From Utricularia gibba (lineage: Eukaryota > Plantae > Magnoliophyta): 64,000 bases of DNA. Shown here piece by piece: positions 11,165 through 24,928 of this stretch. The notes under the pieces are model-generated. The model ran no database searches, was not told the DNA's origin, and saw nothing but the letters and a program-made list of their open reading frames with translations. The translations under genes were made by a program, and so were the position numbers. The stretch spans positions 1,364,001 to 1,428,000 of the forward strand of contig NEEC01000021.1 of the NCBI GenBank assembly GCA_002189035.1, read 5' to 3'. The stretch's first letter is position 1. Every line of letters begins with the position of its first letter.

Positions 11165-14100
11165 GATTCCTCTCTTGTATTCATTCATTTCTTCATGTCT
11201 TTAACTTTCCAGACCCGGGTTTTTTGCTACGAGAAAAAAGCTTCCATCTTTGAGCAAATCGAATCCCCTGAACGCCACAAAACCGATAGAAAAGACTGGT
11301 TTTTTTTACTGTTACACTACTCCTTGAAGTGGGTCATGACTCATTCCCTCCGTCACCTCTTGCTAAAGTTTCTGGTTGCTTTTACCTTTTCACCTGTTTT
11401 TTTACTCAAAGCCGCTTTTTCACTGGATGCGATTCTTGGGGTTTATTTCATTTTTCGAGCTTTTTATCTCACAGTACACGAACCTAAACCACTCATCTTT
11501 CTCGGCACAGAAGCATCTGACCCACGAAGAAGAAGAAGAAGAGCTAGCCACTGGTAGGAGGAGGAGGACGCTGAGTCAGCATGAAGCGGCGAAAGACGGA
11601 AATGGCCTCGGAGACCAGAGCCAGTGAGGGGTGAAGAGAGAAAGAAGGAAAAGATTGTCGGCACGAGGTAATAAGGAAGATGCTCCGACACTGATTTGAT
11701 TACTGGAATGGAATAATTCTGATGCAAATGTTTTTCCCTTTCACTACCCACTCCATGTGGTATTGATGCAAGTGTTTAGTGTATCACTCAGTACTTGGAT
11801 TGTTTTTTCCCATAGTCAAGTGTTTTCTTTCTTCCCCTATGCACATGCGATCTTCACGTTCTTCAAATCACTCATGTTGTATCATAAATCTTAAATTATC
11901 CACAAATTCTTGACTAAACATGCCAATTTATGCCACCAACACAACTTAAAATTCGACATAGATGAATTAGAAAGATTATATATACTGATAAGATCATTGA
12001 TACCATAAAATTGGTTTTTGAAAAAACCCTCACCATTTATCTTTCCTATATTTCAAATATAAACACGCTTAACTTTGAAATTAATCTAATTATCTTACCA
12101 ACCCTACCTATGCTCCTTGCAAAACTATTGAACATATCATGGACCCTTACCTTGTTCATTGGGGTTCATGGGTTGTAACCCTTGTCGGGACCATGGAGTT
12201 CAATTTGATTCGATTATGGTTCAAGCATCCTAACCCATAGTCCTCAAATGTAACCCAACCCAACCCTACAAATGTTTTCCTACATCCCCTACATCTACAC
12301 CTTTTTGTTCATGATACGCCCACAACAATCGTGAAAAAGATCGACAAACTTATCTAGAACAAGGAAATCCATTCGATTCACAACCATCCCGAACTTTCTA
12401 CACATCCGTTGTATTCCAAACATAAATTCATTTTCGATCAGATCATCTTGTTATATGCATTAGAGCATGAGGAGGGGGGTGGAGGATGCATCCACCCAGA
12501 GGCATAAAATAAATTCATGGAATCATAAAGCTATCAATAATAAGTTGATAGCGTAAGGCATAAGCCATGCAATAAATTGTTCGGGCAGCTACTGGTCCTT
12601 GTACGTTTATCACTATTCACATACAATAATTCTTTTACCCCCCAATGTTTTTTCTCTTGTAATAATTCATTCATTTCACCATTATTCGGTTTTTTTCATT
12701 ATAAGATGTAAACCCAAAATGTATTCATCTAGGGTCGTTTTGAAAAATAACCATCAAGAATGATTATTTTTCGAATTACCCTTCAATTTAATCGATTAGT
12801 AAACACGAAATCAAAGATTTTTCACAAGTGATTATAATATATTTTTTATATTATTATAGAATAATACTTGATTTTTAAAAAAATTTAAAATATTATTTGA
12901 ATGATGAGACGGTGACAAGCCAAAGGCTCCTGCTTTGGCGAGAAAGGTACAACACCGGTATAAAAGGGTGCACTTTAGTCAATCCTATTTTTATTATAAT
13001 TAATTTTATGGTCTGTATTTTCCGTTTTTTATTAATTAATTATTTATTATTCATAAATCAAATAATTAGAATCTTAATGGATTGACCATTTGTGTTCAAT
13101 ATGCACTTATCAAGAAAGTTAAATGACTAAAATGGTATATACTAGTCTTAATGTTATACAAGTTTTTATTTAAAAATAGAATACATAAAATATTAAAAAT
13201 TGAGTTTTTTAAACGAACAATATAATATATAAAAAACATCGGTAAATACATATAGTACCTATACAACAAATGACTAAAAGGGATGTACTCATCTTATACA
13301 AGTCATTTCTTCAAAAAAAAAAAAAATAACGTAAAATATTAAAAATTAAGTTTTTGAAATCAACCATTAATCAAATCAACAAATAAAGGTTTTTATTGCG
13401 TTTATTAAAGCATAGAACTACAAACCACAATTAACGTTGATTTCAGTTACATTTTAGAACTTAATCAGAAATAATTTATGTTTAATAAAAAAATATTTTA
13501 AACCAACTCTAAACAAGAAAACAATGCTCTATTTTGTTTGATGGAGGATTGCGTATCCTAACGGGGTTAGCAAGACGAGAATCTAGACCTTCATCTAGTG
13601 CACGGTCGGATTCCAAGCAATCAACGGCTATAGATTCTTGTGTTAGATTCTCCTTGAAGCATAAACATTAGATTTAAGGCGAGTTAAGATTAGTCATTAA
13701 TTAATAATTATGTTGCAATATTCCAATTTCCAATTTACGAAAATTATGAATAAATATCACCCCGAAAATGCTAGACTCGACCGCGGTCCAACCCCTGACA
13801 TCCAAAATCATTAGCTATGATTTTAATTGGTGGTCTCGAACATTCAACCGATTGGATCTAATAGTTGGAACTTAGATTAGAAGGATTCTTTTATTTGAAT
13901 ATATTCTTACTTCCATTTAGGATATCAATATTATCCTTTAAATCTTATATTCTTTATCACTATATCCCTCTATGTTCTATTTCAGTGTATATTCGGTTTC
14001 GGTTATGATACCAAATGACATGACATTTGTACAATATTATTCGTTTTAAATATTTATTCATCGTTTTAAATATTAGAATCAAGAGATTAATATGTACTTC

Positions 14101-15879
14101 AAGAATCTGAAAACCTATAACACGGATGTGCTCTAGGAACGATTTGAAAGCAATGTTCCATCGGCTTATACATTTGAAGAAAAAAAAACCCAAATTGTGA
14201 AACCCGGAACACCCGAATTACGATTCGAATCAAATATGATTACATTAACAAAAATGCATCGCCAATTGGATTTGGATTTGGTAGTAAAACAGTTCGACAA
14301 GGCTGAGAAAGACGGTCCGAGAGACAAAGAAACACACATTCCTGTCGGCCGGAAGACAAGAAGTAGTTGAATAGCCGGAGTTTCCCTTAACCTCTCGCGA
14401 TCCATTCATTCCAATGGAGATTCAGACATGGCACCTAAACGGACAGTTTCGTTTGTGATTATTGTTGCCGACAGGCAAAGCAAAAGTGGTTAGAATGCTC
14501 CTTTTTTCTCCCAAGCAGTGTGTTGTACGTACACCTCGGGAGCACTCCTGCTTTGCTGTACATGTGGGGATCCACTGCGCTTTTCCTTGCAATCCCATTC
14601 CAATTGGAATGATTATTACCGGAACACGAAGCCAAAATCGACCAAGAACAGCGCCGTTGGTTTGTCGCGTTTGCACTTTGACTGTCTTGCGGTAGAGTGA
14701 GCTTGCCAAAGGCCTCCACAACCACCACACTCAACTCACTCAAACCCTAAACGTAGTAAATGTGTTGTGGTTAATAAACAATACCACATAACAAAATAAA
14801 ATTAAAATAATCAAATATATAATAAAATATAAATCACTAATAATTTGTTAAATTTATTTTTTTAAATATGATTTATGTATATTATATATTTAAGATTCAC
14901 GTAGGTGTTCATTGATACATCAGATATTTAATTTCAACAGTTAAAATTAAAACTACATTTGGTTTGATAGATTGATTATATATATATGTTTAAAATAATA
15001 TTTTTCAAATAATTTATTTTTATGTAAATTGATTTTTTTTATATTTAATACCAAACAAATTAAAACATGGTATGCAATAAACCTTAGTACAACACATCTA
15101 CGAACTCTTCAAGTCTAACAGGTACCGTATAAAACTGCTATTCCGGCGTGACGCTCGCCGTCGCCGATCATCGGGCGGCTAGAACAGCAGACGGCGGTGC
15201 GTGTCTCCCCCTTCATTCCGATCTGTTGGAGTTACTCCAAGGAGTTGAATGCATGGGATTGAGTGGGGGGGAGTCATCATTCCCCATGCCGACGCCTCCA
15301 CCATCCCATTTCTCTGTTCTGCTTTGAATCCGGTGGTCACGTCGCGACCCAGTTGCATTTGAGAAACGAAATCCGACGCAATCGTTCCTCGATTGGCGGA
15401 TCTGTGAACACCTCAAAGCGACTCCACCTTCGGACGCCAATCTCGTCTTCTTCCTCGGCTTTGTTTAATCACTGAAAAGGCGTAACATGCGTGGTCCTGG
15501 TTCACCACTGAAAAGGCGTAACACATGCCCCTGTTCCAAAATTAGGGTTCAAGTAAAATTAGGGTTTCAACCAATTTTTAATAATTCTCAACTTATAATT
15601 TTCAATAATTATTTAAAATATTAAATATATATAATTTGTAAACTGTTATCATTATAAGTTATTAAATAGATTGGTGGCCTTCATCTGTAACCATTGGTAA
15701 TTTATAAATTACGTATTTTTTAATTAATTCAAATGATGAGTATTCGATTTGTTTAAAACGTTGTATAGTTTCGATTCTAAATAACTCAAATTATAATATG
15801 CAATGACCATTATATCTTTTGATTTTTGATAATGTCCCTTATACAAAAACTATTGTCACATAATTAAAACTACGATTCA

Positions 15880-15882
<3 letters not shown>

Positions 15883-15922
<40 letters not shown>
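15883..15922. repeat. (AT)20 microsatellite
   Basis: Perfect dinucleotide run. Confidence 0.97.
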
Positions 15923-15926
<4 letters not shown>

Positions 15927-17020
15927 CGTAACATAACTAAATTCATCAACTAAATATACAATGTGAGATAGTGTTTTAAAATGGGTTGTACACATTCTGT
16001 TGTTTAGAATAATAAAAAAAATTATTATTTAAATGCCATTTTTCATTTTAATTGCGAATTTAATCCCGAATTCAATCTATGGTTTTTAGAGATCGGTGTG
16101 GATAGATGTTTATTCTAATGAGCTTAGGTATGGGATCTTATGGACACGAGTCCACCCTAAGGCTAAGTGTAACGGCTAATGTAGAGTAAATTTAATATAA
16201 AATCGAATAATAATAATTGGGGGTAGGAGGGGGCACATGCATACGCATGAATATGAATGTGGTCCGCGTCACAGATGATTTAATCCACGAAGAATCAAAC
16301 CTATTTCCCGTCCGTACCTCTGACGTTGACCCTGGGCCCACCCTACTCAACCTCCGCCTGCACCTACCGAAGAAAACAATCATGCCCATCCACATTTTTT
16401 AATTCAACAAAATAAATTAATAAATATGGGTATATTAAAATATTCACAACAAATTATAAAAAAGGCAATAAAAGCAATTTTCCCATTTTTTAATTAAAAC
16501 GTGTTATAAAATAATATAGAAAAAAATTGATATTTTCTTACATAACATTATCTAAAATAAATTATTTTAAACATACTATATATGTTTGTGTATTTTTTCA
16601 AATCACAATCCAAATATTTCTACAATGCTAAATATAACATAATTAAATCCATCAACAAACATGTTTTAAAATTAAAATCCATAAAATTTGTAGTACACTT
16701 TGAAAAGTGATTGATCAATTTTGTAATAAAGGGGAAACATGGGTCCAAATTTGTAAATAAAACATTAAAAAGCCAATAATGGCGCATCCCAAAATTGAGG
16801 TAGTGCACTTCATTACAAGGAATATAAACCCTGCAGGGGCTGTAAGAATTGGGGCTGTTTGCCCCACTTAGGGAAGATATATTCCTGGGAAATTGTGAAA
16901 TTGCCCATAAAAAATGTATTTATTATCCTTGAATTTTGTGTCAAGGGAATTTATCATCGAAATTAACACCCAAGGAGAGACCCTACATTTCATAAATTCA
17001 ACATTTAATACTAATAATGC

Positions 17021-17047
17021 ATTATTATTATTATTATTATTATTATT
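17021..17047. repeat. (ATT)9 microsatellite
   Basis: Perfect trinucleotide run. Confidence 0.95.
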
Positions 17048-19108
17048 TCTAAAATAGGTGTTAGGACATAATCCATGTAAAAAATATATGCCTAGAATTA
17101 TGGAGATTTTTCAAAAACACATGAGTGTGATCATATGTTTCAAATGATATTTTATGATCATCACCATTTGAAAGATATTGCATTATGAGCAAACGATGTG
17201 CAAAGGTACCATTTACTCTAAGGACTTTCCTACGGTCCGAACACCCGAAGTCAATGCACATGATAATATAAGAAATACTAAATTTTTGTTATTCTATCAT
17301 ACTTGCACTATGTCTTTAATTTTTTTCATTTATTTATTTGATAAAATTTTCTAATTTATATTTCCTCGGATTGCCTTCGAGGTTGTCACGATATGGGCAC
17401 TTCTTTGAAAAAAAAATTGCATTTGGGTCCTTGCATTTTGCATAATAACAAGAAAATATGTATTCCAAACCTATTGGGCTAAATGCAAGGCTTCAGTTCG
17501 AACTTCCAAGCCCACGTTTCTGAGGCCCAGCCCATAAAAATATTTTTTTTTCCTTTTTTTATTTAACCAAATCACGGACCTACCACTTGACTTGAAGTCT
17601 TTGGAGGGTGGACGCGTTCAATGTAAATTGTGTGCTTGATTTCAAGTCCAAGCATATACATAGGACCATTGCGTCTTGGATTCACATTCTATGGATGAAA
17701 TTCTACATGTAGACGAGTGTTTAAAAAATGATCTAACTCTAGTCAAGTGATAATTTCTATCCAAAATTAAATATGAAGAATATATAAATCGTAAATAAGT
17801 TTAGTAAGCAAGAAATAAAAAGATTTCAATAAAGTCAAAAAGTACTTTCGAAGAGAATCAATTGGAGGCCAGCAATGCATGCTGATCACATGCGAAACAA
17901 CTTGAGCCAATCTACCAATTGACTTGGTGCTCAAACCATCATGAATTCATATGGACAGTGCAACTCCTTGCATTCGTCACATTTAAGGGTGCCATCCTGC
18001 CAATGCACACCCATGTAAAATACGGAATAACCTTAAACCCTAAACTCTAAATCATGTGGCAGTCCAAACACTTGTCGTGTTCGGGAATGCCATCGGGCCA
18101 ATACATCCCCACGTAAGACTCATCTCATGGATGATGATGTGATGAGGGTTTGAGATGGGGATAGCCTCTAGACATGACCACTTCTTCAAGCGAGTTTGGT
18201 CTATAGAGAAAATGCATATTACCATGTCAATCAAGTTTGTATCAAGAGTACGGATTAGGTGAATAAACTCGAGTTTATTGACCAAGCCATCTCAATGTGA
18301 ACGACGAACACCTTATTTCATACTTCGAAACAATAGTAAAATTTAAAACCGCATTTCTCATAACACTTCTGATTGTTGGAACCCGACCCGGAACTATGTT
18401 CAAAGATGACACATTATCAAGCATACTAGGGGCTTGAAATCTTGGTCAGTCGGAATTGTTTTGATTTTACATTAAGTTCAATGTATATGGGCTGAAGCAA
18501 TGGTCAACAGGTTTGGTTTTTGTGTCTGAAAGAGACAAACTAACCAGTCCTTTGTTTTTCAAGGCAGACCAACCAGTTGAAAATGGCAGTTTTCGGTGGG
18601 GGACGAACTACTCACTTCTTGACGATATATTTTTTTTGTAAAAAAACTACTAAACTCGATAAAAAAAATGGAATTCAAAAGAATTCCAGTGTTTTACGTC
18701 TTGAAATATACGTATATTGAGAAATGTATACGTAACATTGTTTTAAATACGTGTTTTGTAAACATGCTTTCATTGTTTATCATATAACGTGTGTTGATCT
18801 AAATACAAATGATTCGAATATATTATTATTCTAGCTCCAAGAATTTAGTGAGGCCAGGGATATAAAAATGGAATATGTTGCATCGACGTGGCATGGGAAT
18901 GCGGGTTGTCTACGTTAGTTGGTACGTTGGTCTCAGTGGCGGGTCATGAGATCGTCTGCACATCCACACTTGGAAGAAGACAAACTAACTGCTGATCAAA
19001 ATATGGCAGCAACATTGATTATAAATTGGTGGGTAGGCTCCGTCGCGAGGAGTCACTACTAAATCTCTCCAGGGAAGGATAGCTTTCTTCGTTTTGATTT
19101 TCCGGCGG

Positions 19109-20209
19109 ATGGGGCGGCAGCCGTGCTGCGACAAGGCGGGGGTGAAGAAGGGGCCCTGGACGGCGGAGGAGGACCAGAAGCTCATCAACTTCATGCTGAT
19201 CAACGGCCAGTGCTGCTGGCGAGCTCTCCCCAGCTCGCCGGACTCCGGCGCTGCGGGAAGAGCTGTCGTCTCCGGTGGACGAATTATCTCCGCCCGGACT
19301 TGAAGCGCGGCATACTCTCCCCGGAGGAGGAGCAGCTTGTCATCGACATGCATGCCCGCCTTGGGAATAGGTAACGCTTTTTTATTACTACAAACAACGT
19401 GCAATGACAACCTTAGAGATGAAACTCACCTATTCTGCAATAAAACCCTAGTTTTATCCATGCGAAATCGGTAAATTTCATCCCCTCTTATGGTGGGGGC
19501 CAATTAAATCCCGAGCTCTTTCCGACATCTCCCTATCGGAGGACCGGCGGTAGGTTTCCGATGACGTAGGGTATGTTGGATCTCGATGGTAACAATATAT
19601 ATGTATCAATTTTTATATACAAATATCGATCAATATCGATTTTTATAAATAGTTTGATTCCGCATACCCACACTACATTGGCTATTATTGTTACATTATG
19701 AGTGACATGAATTTTGAGGTTGATTCCTTGGTTTTTTTCCTTCTATTAGGTGGTCCAAAATTGCTTCATGCATGCCTGGAAGAACTGATAACGAGATCAA
19801 GAATCATTGGAACACACACATCAAGAAGAAGCTTTTGAAAATGGGGATTGATCCAGTCACACATCAACCCCTTCAAAACCGAAATCAAAACCAAAACCAA
19901 AACCAAAATACGATCTCTCATGAAGATGAACAATCGTTCTCAACTTCGGATCAAAATCTATCATCCAAGGAGTCGAATTCGAGTGACACTCATTTGTATG
20001 CCGATTCGGATTTGATCAACTACCTCTTCTCAGATGATGACCCTCTTGATCAACTAGGAGATGCTCAAGATCTCAATGCCTTCTTCTCCATGTCTTGTGA
20101 TGAAAACTTGTCATGGCTGTTGCCTTGTGAAGATTTCGGTATCCACGATTTCGGGTTCGAATCGAGCTACGGATCGAGTCCGATCGAGACGATGGAGACA
20201 TTGCTATGA
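19109..20209 (+). CDS. ODO1: R2R3-MYB transcription factor, ODORANT1/MYB42/MYB85 type; 2 exons (19109-19370, 19750-20209) with an apparent -1 frameshift at about 19232
   Basis: [24 protein letters not shown]...GQCCWRALP(K)[26 protein letters not shown]...LGNRWSKIA...[30 protein letters not shown], split across two frames in the ORF track. Confidence 0.88.
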
Positions 20210-21275
20210 CATTACGATCATCCGAATACAAAGTAGTTCATAACTATGTGTTTTCTTTATAAATATGTGATAGTGTTTGGTGGTTGGTACGTTTGAAACA
20301 GCCACAAGATTCGTACCAACCAAATCATTTGAAAGACTTCCTTGTAATATGACATCGTGTTACCCAAGTTAGGGATTGTACATTGAAGTGATTAATATAA
20401 GGTAGGAGTAGTTCGTGATATTAATATTGTAATTGAATTAGAGGGTGTTCGTCAAACCTAAAATATTGAGCTAAAGGAATCACATATGATAAAAAAAAAA
20501 TTGCAATTATCCATTATTTAATTCACGTTTTATTTTGTGAATTCGAAAACAATAGAGACGTTGGACAATATTTCGATAAAGCAAATGGTAAAACATATGA
20601 TTTAGCATATTGTCATAATTTCATATTTGTTTATATAGTATGCTACATTTTAAAAATTTTAATTGTAAATTTAATACTATACTAAATTTTATTATTCTCT
20701 TCTAAATAGAAAGTATTACAATATGATTCAATTTTTTAATAAATAAATGATATTATGTTTTTTTGATAATCGAATATTATATTAATAATAATATTTTTTA
20801 TCATATGGTTTCAAATTCAAAGTGTGGTAAAATGTGCATGAGAGCTGGAAATTGTAGCATTATTAAATATTTGGAAAACATTTTCTGATAAATAAATGAA
20901 ATTAATCAGATGCTTATTTGGGCCAAGTAACTGGTTTATGGGCCCACAATTTTGATCGTTTTGAATTTTGATGCCCTAAACGATAAGTGGTGGATTGAGT
21001 GTAATACGACGTCGTTTCAGCATCTACCGGTTTTCTAGAGTGAGTTCGTTTGCGAGGATCGGTTCCCTCCATCTATCGCTCTTCACCCGTTTTCGGTGTG
21101 GGAAATTGAAATTGTTGATGAAGGAGAGTGTTTGAGAGCATAATTCTGGCACGCCATTTTCATGTTTTTGGGCTATTAAATGAGAACTGATCACAGCTAC
21201 ACATGGGTATGATCTGAAAATTGGTGATGGGGCTTACAAAATTTCAAGTTTAATTCTTTCGTTTGGAGCTTTGTA

Positions 21276-24200
21276 ATGGTAATGGGTCGGAAACATGCTT
21301 GTAAGGGTGCAACGCAAGGACTATTGGTTGCTATAGTTGCAGGTAAACAGCAGGTTTAAGCAAATCCCGGGTCGAATTCTTCGTGGGGCTGTTACTGATT
21401 CATGTGTTTTTGCACTTGTGGGCAGTGGTATGGATCATGGCCGCTGTCGGAGCGGTGGCTGTGCCTAGTTCTAGTTGTTACGCTTTGGATGAAAGCGGGC
21501 GCATACATGATTTTGTATCCCTTTTATGAGTTTTTTAGAGGATATGGTTCCAACAGATAATTTATGATGGTACTTTTTGAAAAAGATAGGAATTTTGAGT
21601 GGCCTAATATTGTTACTCAATGTTTTCATTTCATGATTTCATTAGAGCAGTTTGATTGGGCAACTATTTGAATATGAGAGGAATAAGGTACTGTCTGTTA
21701 AAAATGCTCTTTTAATGAATTCTTTGCACTTTCAATAGCAAAACTTATTAAGAACCATTTGATGTCTTATAAGGAACCTGATTTGGCAGTGAGGTTTTGC
21801 AAAGATGTCGAATCAAGATCTCAGCAGGTAATTGTTAGGCTTCTATCTTGAACATAGTTTAATGTTTTCCTTGAGATCTGCCTGCTGGTGAAAAATTAGG
21901 GATATGTGAGTTTTGGAAGATTTGATAAGTTCAATCAATTTACTGCAAGTTCTGGGCGCAGTAATTTTACTCAGGTATTTTAACTGACATTGTGCCTCTT
22001 AGGTATTAGTTTTACTTTAGCCTCATTTGCTTGTCTTGGATTCGAAGTGTTTACTTAGAGATGAGGTAGAATTCATGGAGTTACTCTCAGTGATGTTATA
22101 GGAATTGAAATAGTTCAAGAAATAGGTTGAGTGAACCTCTAAATATTAAAATTATTATGACATTCTGAGAGAAGTGCTTTGTAAAAGTCCTCTTGTTTCA
22201 TCTTCTTGTTTTTCAGGAACGACATCTTTTGCATTAGTTTAGTTTGTCCTTTCAACTCCTTGAGAATCAATGTCCATTACAGTGTAGTCCTAAACAAAAA
22301 GATCTTACATAAATGCATCAAACCTTCATTTCCAGGAGTATTATGGTGGTGACCTAAAGGATTGTGAAAGCAGTTTTGATAAACTAGGGCGCACATCTCA
22401 GGTTTGCTGAACTATTGCAAATGATCTTTTTGATAACCTTAGGTGCACAGATTTCGCTAAGGTTAAATTTATCTAAATGAGGTCACAAGATTCTCTTGTG
22501 CATCGAATCTGCATTTCTTGTCCACTCTATAGTGAATAAATTTGTTTCACAATTTTCAGATTAATATCTTTTGTGGAAGCTGCCCGGATGGAAAATGTGT
22601 AGGTATTTATGAAGAGTCTTGTTTGCTGTGATATTTAAGTTCCATACTTTATGTAATCTTGTTTATCACTCAGCATACCATAGGGTGTTAAAAATATGAG
22701 CATGTGTCATATGTGTTACTTGGAGAAAGTATAATGCTTGTCAGTGCGGTGAAGTTAATGAATTTTTATTTGCTCTTATGCTTTGACACTTCACATATAA
22801 ATGCTTGTATCCGTGTTGTTTTCCTCTTTTTCTTTTCCATTTATGTTGAACTTGCACATAATTGTAGATTCATCTCTTTGCGTCCTCTCAGTAACACATA
22901 TCTTGTGGGTGTCTTTCGTATAGGTGCGCTTGGGTGCATCTGCAATGTTGCAAATGAATCAACTTGCCAGTAATTACTTGTTCTCTTTTGTAAGCTTTAC
23001 TTGATATGCCACTAACCGGCCAAGTTTTAGATCACCCTCATAGGATAGCTGATGCCTTTGTGAGCTAATACATGGAAAAGGAATTTAGTGCTGTTATTTC
23101 AAAACTCCGGACCCATATAAGCTTTTTCCATCAAAATTTCAAGATTGTGGGAGATGTATTTAAATCTTCTTTTTTCTTTGTGTCGCTTCACTGAACAGAT
23201 TAATGACCTACAGCATTTTCAATCGAAAAATCATAGGACTTTTTTCTTCTTGGCTAATAACTATTGTGCCAACGGCTATGAACTCAATCGTGGTTCACTC
23301 ATTTACTTTTCGTACAGTGTAACCTTAGATCTGGCTATTCCTTGTGTGAAGCCCGGTCCACGAGTATTTGAAGGCTTTACCGTTGGTTTTCATCCTCGGT
23401 CTTGGGAAATAGTAAAAAGCACTTCACTTTATAACATATTTTTCATTTGTATCCAGTCAAATAATGTACTCAGAGAGCATGCTTCCTTCCGTTGTGTAGG
23501 TCTACAATGGCATGACTCAATCGGGTTATGACGTAGCTTCCAATGAATTCAGGTAGTGTTATACATTATTATAGTTGTGTACTTTCCATATTAGAGTTGA
23601 GTATTACATTTTCTGCAACTGAAGATGGCATTAGTAGAAAATACATCAAAATTGGATTTTCAACCTCCTTATTTCACTGAGATGTTTTTGTGCTCTTGCC
23701 CAGAAAGGTATTTAGCAAATTCTCTTATGTTTTATGCAGCTTCAGTACTGAGCAGAGAGATGTAACCCTGTACTTAACTGCTATTTCTTCCTTCTCGGAT
23801 TTGGTTCAAACTCCGACGATCAAGGTTCTTATTATTTCTTGCAGCCAAATATGTGAACTGAATTTTCCATTTCTTCTTCTTCTTAATTCTTGATTTATTC
23901 AGATTTCTCCGGAGAAAGGATTGGATGTTAGGTTGTCTGGCTCAGGAGCAACGGGCACTCCACCCACGACTTTGTCTCCCACGGTTATGCTTGTGCACTG
24001 GACATGTAAATAGCTATAAATCTGCATCAATATTTTCTACTTTCAGGAGGGACCTAGTGATCCCAACTTCTTAATACGCAGGCAAAAAGGTTCTCGATAC
24101 GCCTTATGCAGTGGAAATCACTATACCTGTAAAGGATTACGATCCAATTCAGTTTACATTGACAAAGATGTGTGGTGAGCATTTTTGCAAGAGGATGTAG

Positions 24201-24928
24201 TATAGCAGGCTCCTTGGAATTTGCCCTTTTGATCTCTCATGCTACTTTTATCCATTATTTGCAGCGCGAAACCAAGATGATGGTGGCGAAGCCACGAGAG
24301 GATGGGCCATATTTGGAATCATATCATGCGTGTACGTCACCTCTTCTGCTCTGTCAAAAATGTTTGATGGACACATCTAGTGAAATGAAAGTGAAGTGAA
24401 TTATGCTACTTTACAAGTTACTGTTAGTTTCCTTTTTTGCTTGTCAGTCTGATCGTCGCCTCGACGCTCTTCTGTTGCGGAGGGTTCATCTACAGATCAC
24501 GGATGCAGCATCTGGTAAGCTCCTTGGCAGTAGCTGTTAATCCGGTTTCATGTATTCGATTCGACATCGGCTTCAGATAGTCTGCATATGAACTGTGTTA
24601 CTCATTACGCTCGAGTTACATTCTTGAATGAGCTGAAGACTTTCACCTTGTTAACAACAGCATGGACTGGATGCAATCCCTGGAATGGCTCTACTCTCTG
24701 CTTGTTTGGAAACTGTAAGCGAATTCTGTTCCGAAACACCAAGACAGTCCATGGTAATCCCCTCGATCACATCCTTCTCAATGTGATTTTACCATGTAGG
24801 TGAGCGGACCGGCGTATACCCGAATGCCGGCAGACGACACGGTTAATCCTTTCACGGCTGTGGAGCGCCCAACAACTTCAGCTCAAGCAAGGAGAACTGG
24901 TGGAGGGGGGACCTATGGATCCATTTGA
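21276..24928 (+). CDS. ATG27/mannose-6-phosphate-receptor-like type I membrane protein; 17 short coding exons
   Basis: Manual splicing with in-phase GT-AG junctions gives MVMGRKHAC...AVPSSSCYALDESGRIHDF/SSLIGQLFEY/...LAVRFCKDVESRSQQ/GYVSFGRFDKF/...GPRVFEGFTVGFHPRSWEI/VYNGMTQ...GWAIFGIISCVLIVASTLFCCGGFIY (TM)...GLDAIPGM...TYGSI*. It resembles Arabidopsis AT2G40316 (from memory). Confidence 0.82.

Noticed and set aside
14700-14760. Telomerase RNA or snRNA gene suggested by AAACCCTAA
   Set aside because: No USE (TCCCACATCG) plus TATA promoter or poly-T terminator in the right arrangement; a telo-box is the simpler explanation.
15470-15523. Direct repeats with a spacer resembling a mini CRISPR array
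   Set aside because: Only two 18-bp copies, in plant DNA, with no cas genes.
17560-18400. Possible LTR-retrotransposon remnant
   Set aside because: The composition is suggestive, but I could not identify gag/pol motifs, LTR ends, a PBS or a PPT.
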